Below, one piece after another: positions 63,045 through 64,000 of a stretch of 64,000 nt of DNA. The translations under genes and the position numbers were made by a program. Numbering within the stretch: position 1 is the first letter of the stretch; every line of letters begins with the position of its first letter. The stretch is taken from NCBI GenBank assembly GCA_948739805.1, contig CAPYID010000001.1, forward strand, positions 65,856-129,855, written 5' to 3'. Below the pieces are notes generated by a model that was not told the origin of the DNA, did no database searches, and saw nothing but the letters and a program-made list of their open reading frames with translations. This DNA comes from an uncultured Clostridia bacterium (GTDB lineage Bacteria; Bacillota; Clostridia; TANB77; CAG-508).

Positions 63045-63944
63045 ATGGGATTTATTATTTGTTTATTAATAATTATAATTTTAATGCTATTTCTCTATAT
63101 TTTTATATTAAAAAAAGAAATAAAAAGGATAGCAAATAAAGTAAAAATTGTTAGAAATGAAAGCTCTAATACTTTAATAAATAAAGAGCTTGAAGAAAAA
63201 AATCTTGCATTTTTAATAAAAGAAATAAATAATACAATTAATGAAATAAATAAAAAAGAAATTAATATGAATATAAAAACTGAGGAATTGAAAAAAATGA
63301 TAACAAATACAGCACATGACCTAAGAACACCATTAACCTCAGCAATAGGATATATAGAATTAATACAGACTAATGATATTATAGAAGATAAAAAAGAAAA
63401 ATATATACAAATAGTATCAGAAAGGCTACAAAAATTATCATATTTAATAACAAGCCTCTTTGAATTCTCAAAAATTATTTCAAATGATAATAAAATAGAA
63501 ATGAAAAAAGAAAATTTAATAGAAATTATAGAAGGATGTATCGCAAACTCTTATGATGATTTCATAAAGGAAAATAGGCAGATAAATTTTAGCCATAAAA
63601 ACAGTAAAACAGAAATAATAACGAACAAGTCATTACTAGCTAGGGCTTTTGATAATATGATTATAAATGCTTATAAACATAGTAAAAGTAATTTGGATAT
63701 AGAAATTTTTGAAGAAAATGGGGAAGTGATGATTAAATTTATAAATAAATTAGAAGATAATAATTTAGATATAGATTTAATATTTGAAAAATTCTATACA
63801 ACAGATATTTCAAGAACAAATGGAAATACAGGATTAGGTCTTGCAATAGCAAAAGAATTCATAGAATTAACAAGTGGAAATATATCTGCAATAAAGGAAG
63901 ATGGGCTATTAAAAATGGTAGTTACTTTTACGAGTGATAATTAA
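63045..63944 (+). CDS. sensor histidine kinase
   Basis: N-terminal TM, H-box TAHDLRTPLTSAIGYIEL, N-box IINAYKHS, G-box GLGLAIAKEF. Confidence 0.85.
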   Translation: MGFIICLLIIIILMLFLYIFILKKEIKRIANKVKIVRNESSNTLINKELEEKNLAFLIKEINNTINEINKKEINMNIKTEELKKMITNTAHDLRTPLTSAIGYIELIQTNDIIEDKKEKYIQIVSERLQKLSYLITSLFEFSKIISNDNKIEMKKENLIEIIEGCIANSYDDFIKENRQINFSHKNSKTEIITNKSLLARAFDNMIINAYKHSKSNLDIEIFEENGEVMIKFINKLEDNNLDIDLIFEKFYTTDISRTNGNTGLGLAIAKEFIELTSGNISAIKEDGLLKMVVTFTSDN

Positions 63945-64000
63945 TTTTTTATGGCTATATGAATAACCTAAAAACAATCAAATTATCTAAAATTATAACA

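Overview
AT-rich (roughly 27-29% GC) Firmicutes/Clostridia-like DNA. About 4.1-40.3 kb is best read as a ~36 kb integrative conjugative element (ICE) with a Gram-positive type IV secretion module. The module runs: coiled-coil protein, DUF3991/Toprim, MobC, MOBP relaxase, DUF3801-like, ArdC-N-like, VirD4/TraG-type coupling protein, VirB2-, VirB6-, VirB3- and VirB4-like proteins, sortase B and a CHAP cell-wall hydrolase. It is followed by an accessory cargo region, a Tn916 Orf7/Orf8-like regulator pair, a solitary MazF, and a terminal large serine recombinase. The ICE carries nested mobile DNA. A group II intron (RT/maturase/HNH IEP) splits the coupling-protein gene. An IS3-family IS sits between the VirB6-like and VirB3-like genes. 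A ~7.9 kb Tn4451-like mobilisable transposon (TnpV, MobV relaxase with a pMV158-type oriT, large serine recombinase) is inserted at a TATGA site in a hisC-like aminotransferase gene and carries an R-S-ExE ADP-ribosyltransferase plus a Fic protein. Five sites in three ICE genes (coupling protein x3, VirB6-like x1, ICE serine recombinase x1) show the same unusual lesion: one extra C converts A|GGN (Gly) into A-CGG-N, so the conserved protein continues only in the +1 frame. The cargo also has a Nudix / NT5C-like / DNPH1-like nucleotide-catabolism trio. 40.4-44.1 kb is a decayed region (rhuM pseudogene, nadB-like fragment, duplicated segments). 44-64 kb is housekeeping: mscL, a glycosyltransferase-like membrane protein + FAD oxidoreductase + LMW-PTP, a dapB remnant, polA, an SLT transglycosylase, yqeK-like HD protein, an AI-2E transporter, a HipA-like kinase, priA, def, an aspartokinase-like protein, yefM/yoeB, RNase P RNA (rnpB), and a response regulator / ABC transporter / histidine kinase module. 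No rRNA, tRNA or CRISPR was seen.
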